64,000 nucleotides of DNA from an uncultured Gammaproteobacteria bacterium (GTDB lineage Bacteria; Pseudomonadota; Gammaproteobacteria; UBA9214): contig CAVYZN010000005.1 of NCBI GenBank assembly GCA_963773065.1, forward strand, positions 96,001 to 160,000, given 5' to 3'. How positions within the stretch are numbered: the stretch's first letter is position 1; every line of letters begins with the position of its first letter. The position numbers and the translations under genes are program-made. A model generated the notes under the pieces. The model was not told where the DNA came from. It saw only the letters and a program-made list of their open reading frames with translations, and did not search any database. Of the stretch, positions 20,464 through 31,000 are shown piece by piece.

Positions 20464-21997
20464 TTACTCTGTTTTTCCGGGGGTTGGGTATGCCCCAGAG
20501 GTATCGCCAGATACACCGACGATTTCTGAACTGAAACCGCGTATCGGCTTTGTTTGCCTGCCTGAAGGGTCAGTAAAGGTGTCGTTCAGCTTCTGTATGT
20601 AATCGTTGGCCTCGGCGATGACGCGATGCAGGCGTTTACGGGTGGACTTGCCCCAGCCAACGGGATTGGTGGCAAAGATACTGTGCCATCCCCGCGTATT
20701 GTAGTGAAACGCAGTCCTCAGCCGTTCGTATTCCAGACCCGGTGCAAATTCTGTCGCAATGAATCTTAAAACCCTACGCGCCGCCAGTTTCCGGATCTTG
20801 AAATGCAGGTAGACCAGCACCATGGCGATCATGGCCAGCGCGAACCTGCTCCAGACCATGGTACCGGTCGAACCATGCCATTCGGCCGGGCACGGACCAG
20901 CGCCAGCCATCGCGCAAACCAAGCCAGCGGGTTGACAACACGGCAACCACCAGAAATGCCCCGAGAAGGACGCCGTCACCCCACAGGACCAGTCGCCGCC
21001 AGCGCGCTTTGTAGTCCCGCAGCCATGGTATGACCTTTTCTTCGATATGGTGCGCCATTTTTTCAAGCGAGCCGATGATCCGGTAGGCGCGTTCGACGCC
21101 GACACGCTGGATCCTGTCATGGATTTCGACGAGATCATGATCACGCTTGGACTCGTAGCGCTTGCGGATCGCCTCATCCGCGATGGTTACGGCGACATCG
21201 GGATTGTAGATACTGTAAAAGCGTCCTGCCGTCAGGCCCTCCTGGGCCAGGGCGCGTTGCCAGGCACCGATAACCTCTTCCGGGTTGTCCTCGCGTGCGG
21301 TGGTATCCATCTGATTCAGGATATAGACGAACTTGGTCGCGTCCGGACGATGTATGGTGTTGCCCACCAGATGCGCCAGGGTGTCACGCATCGCCCCCGG
21401 TTCAGGATGACGCGCATCGAAAAACACCAGTACCAGATCCGAGAGGTCGACAATGTGATCGGTAAGTCGCAGTGTTGCCGTACGCTGGGAATCGGCATCG
21501 AAGCCCGGTGAGTCAATGATGATCCTGCCCCGCAATCTCTCACTCGGACATGTCTTTAGCTGAAGATAGCTGTCCACGCGACGCCCTTCACCGATCGCGA
21601 CTTTTTCGAGTTCGTTACTGATCTGGTAGAAAGGAAAACGCGGATCCGCATCCAACGCCACACCGGGCAGTGACTGTGACGGGTGTTCACCCCCGAAACA
21701 GATCACCGTAAATTTGTCATCTACAGCCTGATTCCCAGTCTGCTGTAATCTGGCGCCAAGAAAGTGATTGATAAAAGTTGATTTGCCTGCCGAGAAGGTC
21801 CCCAGCACCGAGATCATGGGCCACCAGGAAATCTGGGTAGCGAAGGACTGTTCGGTGTCCAGCATGCCGAGTGTATGTCCCGCCTGGTCGAGGTGGCGAT
21901 AGCTCTCGACGGCCGAGACCAGCACCGGATTCTCCTTCTTCAGGTGCTGTTCCAGGCTTTTCAGCCGTTGCTTGATGGTCTTACCTGCGCCGGTCAT
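20464..21997 (-). CDS. Dynamin-family (EHD-like) NTPase with C-terminal TM hairpin (frameshifts in 3' part)
   Basis: G1 GTFSAGKSTFIN, G3 IIDSPG, G4-like LNQMD, PGVALDADPRFPF; hydrophobic helices and LNDTFTDPSG tail in ORF 20464..21177. Confidence 0.8.
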
Positions 21998-22096
21998 TGA
22001 CGGTTCCTGCAGCTAACCATCGGCGTGATTCGGGGAGTCGGCAAAGGCGGAAACGAAAACCGATAGAAGAAAATCGTGGCAGAGTTATCTGCAAGG

Positions 22097-22634
22097 CTAG
22101 GGTAGTATGCTGCTCATCACGTTCATGGGACCTGTCGCCGTGTGTACGTTACGGCTCATGTTGCCGAGGTCATTACGCATCTGGTACATGGGCACCGTCA
22201 TGACGGTCATGGACCTGTTGATGCTGTCCATCGTTTTCACCATGTTGTTCATGGTTACGGACTCGGTACCCCACATCCGTCGCGATGGCATCCAGATTGT
22301 CCGAAATGACGGCCACATTACCGGAGACGACATTCATTTTGTCGGCAACGTTTTCCAGTGAAACAACCACGGTCTCCATGCTCCTCGCCAGCCGGCCAAC
22401 GTCATTGGTTAACGTGTAGATGAGATAAAAGCCATAGGAAGCCAGCACGATGAAGGCCAGCAGCGAGGGATAGACCACCAGTTCCCAACGACGTGCACTG
22501 GCTTCAAAGTTGCGCGCAAACTTGTCGATACAGACGGCCAGATCCTGAGGAATGGCGTTATTGCCAGCGCTGGCAGCCGTTATACCCGATAGCCTGCTTT
22601 TCCTGCATTTCCCGTCCCTCGCTTTAGTAATCAA
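22097..22634 (-). CDS. Membrane-anchored Met-rich coiled-coil protein (frameshift near 22262; start uncertain)
   Basis: FEASARRWELVVYPSLLAFIVLASYGFYLIY TM, heptad repeats, Met-rich C-terminus GPMNVMSSILP. Confidence 0.65.
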
Positions 22635-22705
22635 TGCCGCTTGCGAGGCAGTATAAAGGAAACAAGGGGCGATGGCGCTCTTGACATTTGCCAGAGAGAT
22701 CGGCT

Positions 22706-23296
22706 CTAGAATGCCCCCGTGGCGCCCCGATTCATGATATCCAGTATGCTGTCCTTGATCGCAATGGCTTCTTCCTGCAACCCCTTCGGCATGACCTTAC
22801 CACCGTGGATCATCATGTCCATATTGAGTGTATAGAGCCAGAGTTTGCCTTGCTTATCTTCGATTAACGATATCCGGCAAGGCAAATAGGCCGAGAAGGC
22901 GACCGAATAATCAATCATGTGGGCAGCCGTCAAGGGATTGCAGAACATGTAAATCTTGAGAAAATGCTGCGGTTGACCCGTCATGGCCTCCACCTGTTCT
23001 GAAAGTGGCAGTTCACCGACATTTTTTAGATTGTGTTCATTGGCGACAAAATGCAAGGTCTGTTCGACATCCTTCCAACTTAGACCCTCCTTGACCGGAA
23101 CCTTCCAGATGGTTGCTTCAGCGGCGTTAGCGGTCTCGATCAGCTTCTTGGCCATATCGAGATAGACCGCCGGTGCTTTTTCATCAAACGAACGGAGATT
23201 AACCAGGCCATCGCCCAGCTGTGTTGCCATGTATATCATGCCGGTGACCAGCAGCAGTCCAATCAAGGCAAGCAGGTTCCAAATAAATCTGAACAT
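22706..23296 (-). CDS. DUF302 domain protein with N-terminal anchor
   Basis: IYMFCNP and AYLPCRISLIED motifs; start MFRFIWNLL. Confidence 0.85.
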   Translation of the reverse strand: MFRFIWNLLALIGLLLVTGMIYMATQLGDGLVNLRSFDEKAPAVYLDMAKKLIETANAAEATIWKVPVKEGLSWKDVEQTLHFVANEHNLKNVGELPLSEQVEAMTGQPQHFLKIYMFCNPLTAAHMIDYSVAFSAYLPCRISLIEDKQGKLWLYTLNMDMMIHGGKVMPKGLQEEAIAIKDSILDIMNRGATGAF

Positions 23297-23324
23297 TTCT
23301 TTCTCTTGAAAATATAACCGAGTA

Positions 23325-24387
23325 TCAGCGATTCTCAGAGGTCGTCGCCGACGTAATGAGCTTTTCCAGTTCCTCGGCCTGCGATCCATTCAGCCCGCGG
23401 ATCACATTAACCAAGTCACGCGCCGGCTGAATACGTCCTTCCCTGACGAGCCGGATTCCGGCCTCGTAATACGCCGCAGCCGCCTCTTCCCAACGCCCCT
23501 GTGTAAAAAACATATTTCCCAGTTCTCCATACCCATCCGGATTCTGAGGTTCGAGTTCCGCCAGATTACGGTAGTTTTTCTCGGCAGCGTCATAGTTGTG
23601 CAACCAGAATGCCTCACGTGCGGCGGCCAGAATTTCATAGGGTTTTACCGGTGTGGCGCTGCTCTGGGTCGATTGTTCAGCGGTCGTATCGGTAGCCCGC
23701 GCTCCAGCGGTTGAAGCGGCGGCTGCTTCCTCCGTGTTCGTAGCGGATTCTTGAGGGAGCGGTGCGCCGGGGTATGGTTCTGGCGTGCCGGTGGGAGCTT
23801 GCGTCCCGGTTTGCGGCGCCGTCACTCCCGGATGCCTCGGGTTCAGAGACTGTATCCGCACCCGCGGATGCCGGTTCTGCACCAGGACCGGGGCCTGCGA
23901 CTCCGGCCTTTGGCCCAGCCGGCGTTTCGGAAGATGGAACGGGGACGGGTACGACTTCTGTACCAGTGGCCCCGCTGGCCTCACCACGGCTTGCGGTTAC
24001 CCTCTCGCCCGGCATGGGCTCTTCTGCGGCGGGGGGAGGCGCAATCCCTGCAACCGGTTGCTGACTTTCAACACCGGCTTTGGATGCCCCCGCCGTCGCT
24101 TCCACGGCAGGAGCCGCCGGAACTGCAGCCACGGATTCATCAACGGGCGCCGTCGATGCCGTTCCAACCGGTTCGCCAGGAGCCGTTTCCTGTGTTGGTG
24201 CCATATCACCTTTAACGTTACCCTGCGTATCACCGGCGCCCGCGACTCTCTCGGATTCCGGCACCAGAAAATCGGGAAGCTCAAGGTCAGGGAACAGTTC
24301 ACCGCGATAGATAAATCCGATGCCCAGTAATAGGACGACGACAATCGCAAAACCGTGACTCACAATGCGCGCAAGGTTGTTCATCAT
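23325..24387 (-). CDS. Membrane-anchored protein with acidic Pro/Ala-rich linker and C-terminal TPR (frameshifted)
   Basis: N-terminal TM; LAAAREAFW, PDGYGELGNMFFTQGRWEEAAAAYYEAG. Confidence 0.7.
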
Positions 24388-24412
24388 GCTTACTCCTGCT
24401 CAATAACTCTGA

Positions 24413-25072
24413 TTATGATTGCCCGGCCATGTCGGGATACAGCGCTTTTGCCAACGTCCTGAACTCCTGCGCCGCCTTGCTCCGCGGCCACATCTCGAAC
24501 ACTGTCAGCCCTTCACTCAGTGAACGGCGAAATCCTGTTCTCAGGCGCAGTCGTTGTGGCAGAACGACATCAATCCCCGGCAACATGCGCAAAGCCGCTT
24601 CTGTTTCGTGCGTTTCACGGATGGATTTGTTTGTGTCAGCCCGGTTGACGAACGCCATCGTTCGCTGCGTACCGCTGGCCTTCATGGCCTCGAGGTCAGG
24701 TCCAATGATATGCAGGAAGCGCTGGGTTGCCCAGACGTCGGCCTGACTCGGGGGGACCGGTATCAGAATACGGTCCGCTGCGGTCAGGGCTTCTTTCATG
24801 GCCGCCAGATTTGCCGCGCCGACATCGATGAGAACCTCATAGCCGGCATGGGATAGCAGTTGCTCCTTGAGCACGGCCCGCACGGAGTGGATCGTCAGAT
24901 CGGGTTTGTATTCCATCTCTCTGCGCAGCATCGCCAGATCACTGAAGGTGCACTGTGGGTCGAGATCGTAACCGATGACTGAACGGTTATTTTTTTCCAG
25001 CCAGACTGCCAGGTTGAAGGCCACCGTACTCTTGCCGGAGCCGCCTTTAAGATTCGCAATAATAGTAATCAT
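24413..25072 (-). CDS. ParA/MinD family ATPase (short, orphan)
   Basis: Deviant Walker A NLKGGSGKST, DLDPQ, LIDVG, ADRILIPVPPS; no ParB in the window. Confidence 0.9.
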   Translation of the reverse strand: MITIIANLKGGSGKSTVAFNLAVWLEKNNRSVIGYDLDPQCTFSDLAMLRREMEYKPDLTIHSVRAVLKEQLLSHAGYEVLIDVGAANLAAMKEALTAADRILIPVPPSQADVWATQRFLHIIGPDLEAMKASGTQRTMAFVNRADTNKSIRETHETEAALRMLPGIDVVLPQRLRLRTGFRRSLSEGLTVFEMWPRSKAAQEFRTLAKALYPDMAGQS

Positions 25073-25149
25073 GCACTCGCTCTTGATCCCCGCGACGGGG
25101 TAGACCGTAAATCGAGCAACGGGACTAGATAACGACTAAATTTCATTCG

Positions 25150-25953
25150 TCAAGACTGTATGACGCGGATCAACGGTTGTTTCCCTGCCCTCTGCTCCGG
25201 AGCACCACCTTGCGGGATGCTCATTTCCTTGTAGCCAGGCGGCACGCTAAACAAATCTGCCGGTTGCTTGCCAATCCTGATATTGCGTAATTCGCTGACA
25301 AACCCTCCCGGCCGCTCTTCGCGGATATTTATCTTCAGCTCGGGATCAAACCACTGGTAGGCGACACTGCTCTGGTCACCGGGACGTGTGGCTGTCATTT
25401 CCCATTTCTCGGTATTGCGGCCGTTCAGTGTTTCCCTGCCTACCAGACGCATTTCCATGGTTGCTCCGTCCGGAAAGGTTTGACGAACCGGGATATGACG
25501 CTCCTGATCCAACCAGATAAGCATCTGGCTGGATTGCTCCTGGGCCGTACTCTTCAACTCCCATTTTTCCGCTGGCCGTCCATTGATGGCCTCGACGCCG
25601 ATCTTGTTACAGCTAAGGTTCTGCATACCCGCGCATGGGTTTGCATCCTTCGCGGCAGTTTCCGGCATCATTTCTCCCGGACCCGCCTTGTGTTCCATAT
25701 AGGTTTGTTGCTCGGGATCGAGCATATAGGCCGCCTGTTGCTTCATGTCGATAATCTGGACCATCGCCTCGTCGCTAACGGTGACCTCGGTGCGCACTTG
25801 TTCGTTGCCTATGTAAATCTTCCCCTGCTGGGATTCTTGCTGCGGCATTGATTGAATAAAATCAGCGGAGAATTCGACCTGATTCTGTCCGGCAACGGCC
25901 GAGGCGGATGTAAACAGCAACAATAGCAATGAAGAGAGAATCTGGAATCGCAT
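25150..25953 (-). CDS. Periplasmic DUF4412/LolA-like fold protein
   Basis: Signal peptide, EFSAD, duplicated GxExxNGRxxEKWE motif, QPADLFSVPPGY. Confidence 0.65.
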   Translation of the reverse strand: MRFQILSSLLLLLFTSASAVAGQNQVEFSADFIQSMPQQESQQGKIYIGNEQVRTEVTVSDEAMVQIIDMKQQAAYMLDPEQQTYMEHKAGPGEMMPETAAKDANPCAGMQNLSCNKIGVEAINGRPAEKWELKSTAQEQSSQMLIWLDQERHIPVRQTFPDGATMEMRLVGRETLNGRNTEKWEMTATRPGDQSSVAYQWFDPELKINIREERPGGFVSELRNIRIGKQPADLFSVPPGYKEMSIPQGGAPEQRAGKQPLIRVIQS

Positions 25954-26002
25954 TTTTCAAACGTGACCTTGATGAATTAACTTATGGAAACAGATTGATC
26001 AA

Positions 26003-26040
26003 ATAAAAAACGAGCCAACACATCCCTGTGGAGGCTCGTC
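26003..26040 (-). terminator. Rho-independent terminator after sgp
   Basis: Minus strand GACGAGCC...GGCTCGTT followed by TTTT. Confidence 0.65.
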
Positions 26041-26056
26041 GGAATTACCTACGGGG

Positions 26057-26487
26057 TTATTGGCTGGCACCCGATGTTGCTGGTTGGGCGGGTGCGGGTG
26101 CAGCCGCCGGGGCACCGTAACCATACGGAGCACCATAGGCACCGGGATAACCGCCATAGCCGCCATAGCCAGGCCACCCCAGCCACCACCATAACCCGGA
26201 TAGCCACCATAGCCATAGCCGGGATAACCGTAGCCGCCATAGCCATAGCCATAGCCATTACCATAACCACGCCCACGCCCATAACCACTACCATGGCCGC
26301 CACCGCTCATGCTGAAGTCGAAATCACCGGAGCCGTCACCCCAGCCGTCACCCGAGCCGTCATTACCCCAGCCATTACTCCAGGGACCACCACCGCCCCA
26401 TGGACCCCAGGCCTGAGCTGCCGTGAAAGGAATCGCCATGGCGCCGGCAATGGCGGTGGCACACAACGTTTTGGTCAGTTTATTCAT
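26057..26487 (-). CDS. sgpB: Sulfur globule envelope protein, SgpB/CV2-like (one frameshift near 26170)
   Basis: Signal peptide ending AQA-WGPWGGG; GDGSGDFDFSMSGGG..GYGRGRGYG..; GYG/GAPYGYG repeats; Pro/Ala/Gln tail. Matches my recollection of Allochromatium vinosum SgpB organisation. Confidence 0.8.
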
Positions 26488-26690
26488 ATCTACTACCTCA
26501 TCATGTTGTTTTGTTTGCAATGTATATTACAAACTTGGCTCCCTAGTGTCCTGCAATCATCAACGGAGGGAGACTCCCGTAGCTGATTCAACAATCAACC
26601 GACTTCCGCCGGTTGAAATGAAGACGTTACTTCAGATACCTGTCGGTGACTTGTATTAGACCCCGTTAGAGCCGGATAGGAGCATTACCC

Positions 26691-27320
26691 TTACCAACCA
26701 TAAACCGGCGGGATCATTTCCGGGTAAACGTTATATATTCCGCCGCCCCCACCCGGAACCCCCAGCGATGGGTCAACTAGGCCATAACCATAACCACCAT
26801 AACCGCCATAACCGCCATAACCGCCATAGCCTGGCCATCCTCCGTAGGGGATTGTAGCAGGTCGTTGTTCCTGAGGTGTCGCGCTTTTTTGCTTTTTTTC
26901 CGGGGTCGGGAATGCACCCCAGGGACGTTGTTGGTATTGATACTGTGGCTCAGTCTGATAGGGCTGAGACGGGTTTTGCGACTGGCCAGGCTGGGACCAG
27001 GGCGACGGTTCCTGGGATGAGTGCTGTGTCATTTGCGGTTGTTGATAAATACCAGTGTAATACGGTTGTTGCGATTGCCCCGCCGGTTGTGGCGACGGTA
27101 CCGGCACAGGGACATAGACCGTCTGCGGCGGCAGGTATTTTGAACGCGGATACCACTCCTTGACGATCGGTTGCTGGGCCTGTGGTTCCTTTCCCACGCC
27201 GCTCGCAGTCGCATCCTCCCTCTCTTGATCATCACCGCAGGAGGCGACTAGGTAACAAATACATATCATTGCAATCCATATGACCAGGGTTTTTGAGCGT
27301 GGGTGACTCTGCATCCCCAT
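26691..27320 (-). CDS. Putative lipoprotein, Gln/Pro-rich with GYG repeats
   Basis: Lipobox LVASC; RPWG motif; (GYG)n encoded by 9 bp repeats at about 26780-26830. Confidence 0.65.
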   Translation of the reverse strand: MGMQSHPRSKTLVIWIAMICICYLVASCGDDQEREDATASGVGKEPQAQQPIVKEWYPRSKYLPPQTVYVPVPVPSPQPAGQSQQPYYTGIYQQPQMTQHSSQEPSPWSQPGQSQNPSQPYQTEPQYQYQQRPWGAFPTPEKKQKSATPQEQRPATIPYGGWPGYGGYGGYGGYGGYGYGLVDPSLGVPGGGGGIYNVYPEMIPPVYGW

Positions 27321-27337
27321 GGCGATTATGTGTGCGT

Positions 27338-27964
27338 TTACTGTGCACCGCTGCCACGACGATAAAGCTGGTCAGGTGACGGCGGTACTATCCTGCCGTT
27401 ATATAAAGGCGGTGGTGGGACTTCATCTTCACTGCGCTGCCCGGGTGAGTTATACCAGGGTGAGGGCGCATAGCCATTAACGCGAATCGCCTGAGGGCGG
27501 GTAACCATATGAACCCGTATAATCCTGGACCGGTGCGGCCCAGCTCTGGTTATAGCCTTGCGATCGGTAGTACCCGGGGGAGATTTATCGCCAGAGGGCT
27601 CGTTTCCGGTATACGCGCCGGGTGCCATTGGTCGTGCCGGTGTACCAGCAGACGGTGGGGCGCCCATGAAATCACCCGGCAGTTCCTCACTCTGGGCCCG
27701 GGGTGTATCAAGGCCGCTCCCAAATGGGATCCTCAGATCCTCTTGACCCGGTATCCGGGGATCGACGTTGACGGACTGATAAGGGCCGGGCGGCGGCGGC
27801 GCGGATACAATGGCCCAGTCATTACTGTAGCTATAGGAGGATGATTGTGTTCCCGTATCACCCGGCGGCTGATCTTCAGCAACGACATCGGTTAACACCA
27901 AGCTGCCTGCGATTGCCAGAAACACACCAAGACAGTGAATTGAGATAGCACCATGGTGTTTCAT
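27338..27964 (-). CDS. Exported Pro-rich low-complexity protein
   Basis: Signal peptide; APPPPGPYQS and EVPPPPLY motifs; co-oriented within the cluster. Confidence 0.6.
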   Translation of the reverse strand: MKHHGAISIHCLGVFLAIAGSLVLTDVVAEDQPPGDTGTQSSSYSYSNDWAIVSAPPPPGPYQSVNVDPRIPGQEDLRIPFGSGLDTPRAQSEELPGDFMGAPPSAGTPARPMAPGAYTGNEPSGDKSPPGTTDRKAITRAGPHRSRIIRVHMVTRPQAIRVNGYAPSPWYNSPGQRSEDEVPPPPLYNGRIVPPSPDQLYRRGSGAQ

Positions 27965-28044
27965 TGTTAATTCCTTTCAGTTATCTGCTGTATCCAGTAT
28001 GGATCCGAGTATGTATCCGGTGATCTTCAGCCCAAACCGAATAT

Positions 28045-31000
28045 TTACTTGAGATCTTGTTTGAGACGAATACCACGACGTTTCCGCACAATACCCTCAC
28101 CTTCCGTGTCATCCGCTATTTCAGATGAGGTCATGGCACTTTCATCAGCCTCCTCGCCTGAATGGTCAACATCATCGGCGAACACCGCCTCAGGAGCGGA
28201 GCCGCTTCCAGCCACAGTCTCAGCCACAACAGGATCGGATGTGGGAACTGGTGCGCCCCTCCCGTGCGGTGCCGGCGCTTTTTCACCTGCAGGCTGCAGT
28301 GATGCAGCCGTGCTCGTCGCGGCATCCGCCGCACCGGCGGCTGGGGCGGGTCGCGGCGGCGGTGGTTGGCGCGGGGGCGGGGGCGTTCCCCCGCGTGGCG
28401 GCGGAGGCGTGCCACCCGCACCCGGTGAAGGTTGCCGCGGTGGCGGAGGCGCTGCACCACGACGGTGACCAGACTTGCCCAGGATCGCCTTGAAACCCAT
28501 GCCGAGCATGGTGAAGATGGCCCGGATGATGTAGAACAGCCAGGTAAAGACCGAGATGATCCCACCGTACAGGCGCATCCACAGCGGCGTACCAGCCGGG
28601 GCGGCCGTTTCATTCGAAACCTGTTCGATGCGTTGGTATGCTGGACTGATGCCGATCGTTCCGTCATCGGCGGTTTCGATATAGAACTGCTTGCGGGCGC
28701 TGATACAACCAAGCGGGACAACCAGCACGGCCATACAGGTGGCCACGCCGGCGCCAAACAGCGTACTGATTGCAAGGCCACTGAAGATCGGATCATGTAA
28801 TATCGCGAATGCGCCGACCATCACGGTCAGGGTGGTGATAAGGATGGGCCGCATGCGGACTTCCGCACCGTGGATGGCCGCTTCCCTGACATCTTTTCCT
28901 TTGGCCACCTCGATCTTGACGAATTCCACAATCAGGATCGATTGCCGCACGATGATGCCGCCCAAGGCGATCATGCCGATCATCGATGTTGCCGTGAATT
29001 CCGCGCCCATGATCCAGTGCCCTGGTATGATACCGAGCAGGGTCAACGGGATCGGCGACATGATCAAACCGGCGAGGGTGAAATTCTTGAACTCCCAGAC
29101 TATCAGGGCATAAATCAGCACCAGGGCCGCCATGAATGCACCGCCCATGTCGCGGAAGGTTTCGTACGTCACCGTCCACTCCCCGCTCCACTCATAGCCG
29201 GAGTGGTTATCATCCTTGGGAGCGCCAAACAGGTTCCACGGCATGGTCACCATTTTCACGCCATCCGGTGCGGTGTAGTCCTTGACGAGATCCTCGATGC
29301 CGAGCATGCCGTAAATCGGCGCGCCCAGACGGCCCTCCATCTCGCCTATCACGTACTCGACCCCGCGCAGGTCCTTGGAGTAGATGATGGGGTCTTCAGG
29401 CTGCTTGATGAACTGGCCCAGCTCGGAGAGGGGCAACGTCTTGCCGTCGTTTGTCGGTACCGGCAGATCTCCCAAACGCGTTATTTGTGACCGGATGGAA
29501 AGCGGAACCTGGATCACGATATAGGTCGGTTCCAGCACCGTTTCGCGTTTAACATCCCCCAACTTGAAGTTGCCCATGGCCATGGTAAGCGTATTGTTGA
29601 TGGTGTCGACCGAGATACCGCGGCGCACGGCCTTTTCGGTATCGACCTCGAAGCGCCAGTATTCGTAGGGTTCAGCCATGTAGTTGTCGACATCGACGAC
29701 ATTCTCGACCTTCCCGAACATGGCCGTCATGTCGGCGGCCACCTTGCGCCGTGTTTCAGCATCCGGCCCATGGACTTCGGCAACCACCGTCTGCAGCACC
29801 GGCGGCCCCGGCGGCATCTCGACCACCGCGATACGCGCTCCCATCGATTCCGCCAAGGGAGTCAAGCGGTGGCGCGCGTCCACGGCAAGTTGATGACTGG
29901 TACGCTCGCGTTCATTCTTGTTCTTGATCATGACCAGCAAATCACCATCCCAGGAACGTTGGCGCAAGTAGTAATGACGCACCATGCCGTTGAAATTGAA
30001 CGGCTGGGCGGTCCCGGCATACGTCTGCACCGCAGTGACTTCCGGTATGTTGCGCACCTCCTCGGCCAGCGCCCTGACGACATTGGCGGTTACCGGCATC
30101 GCCGTTCCTTCCGGCATGTTGACGATCACGGAAAATTCCGGCTTGTTATCAAACGGCAGCATCTTTACGACAACGGTCTGGGTATAAAAGAGCACGCACA
30201 ACCCGGCCGTTAGTCCGATGATGCTGAACAGAAACGCGAAGCCCAGAAAGCGGTTTTCAATCAGTGGGGTGATGATGGGGCGGTAAAATCGCCTGATTTT
30301 TGCGTGCGTCTTCTGTTCCTTTTTCATCGCCTTTTCCAGAGACGCCATCCGGGGTGCGACCTTGACCGCCAACCAGGGCGTAAAGATAAAGGCCGCGAGC
30401 AGCGAGAAGAACATGGCAGAGGAACCCAGCACCGGAATGGGCCGCATATAGGGTCCCATGAGACCACTCACCCAACCCATGGGTAAGAGCGCCGAGATAA
30501 TGGTAAAGGTGGCCAGGATGGTCGGATTGCCGACTTCCCGGACCGCATCGACGGCGATGGCGACGCTGGTCTTGCCCCTCTCCAGCCAGTGACGAAAGAT
30601 ATTCTCGATGACCACGGCAGCATCATCCACCAGGATGCCAATCGAGAAGATCAGGGCAAAAAGGCTGACGCGATCGATGGTGTAATCCACCATCATTGCC
30701 CACCAGATCGTGACCAGGATGACAACGGGAATCACGGTAATGACAACGAAAGCGGCACGAAAACCCAAGCCGTACAGACACAACAGTGAGACGAAAACCG
30801 CCGCCTCGAGCATGGCCTCCAGCAGTTCGTTGACCTTGTCATTGGCTGTCTTGCCGTAATTTCGGGTAATCTCCACATGAACGTTCGCGGGAATCAGATC
30901 CCCCTTGAGATCCTCGATCTTCTCCAGCAGCCGATTGGCCACCACCACGCCATTGGTTTTTTCCTTCTTGGCGATGGCGATGGTAACGGCCGGGGCGCCA

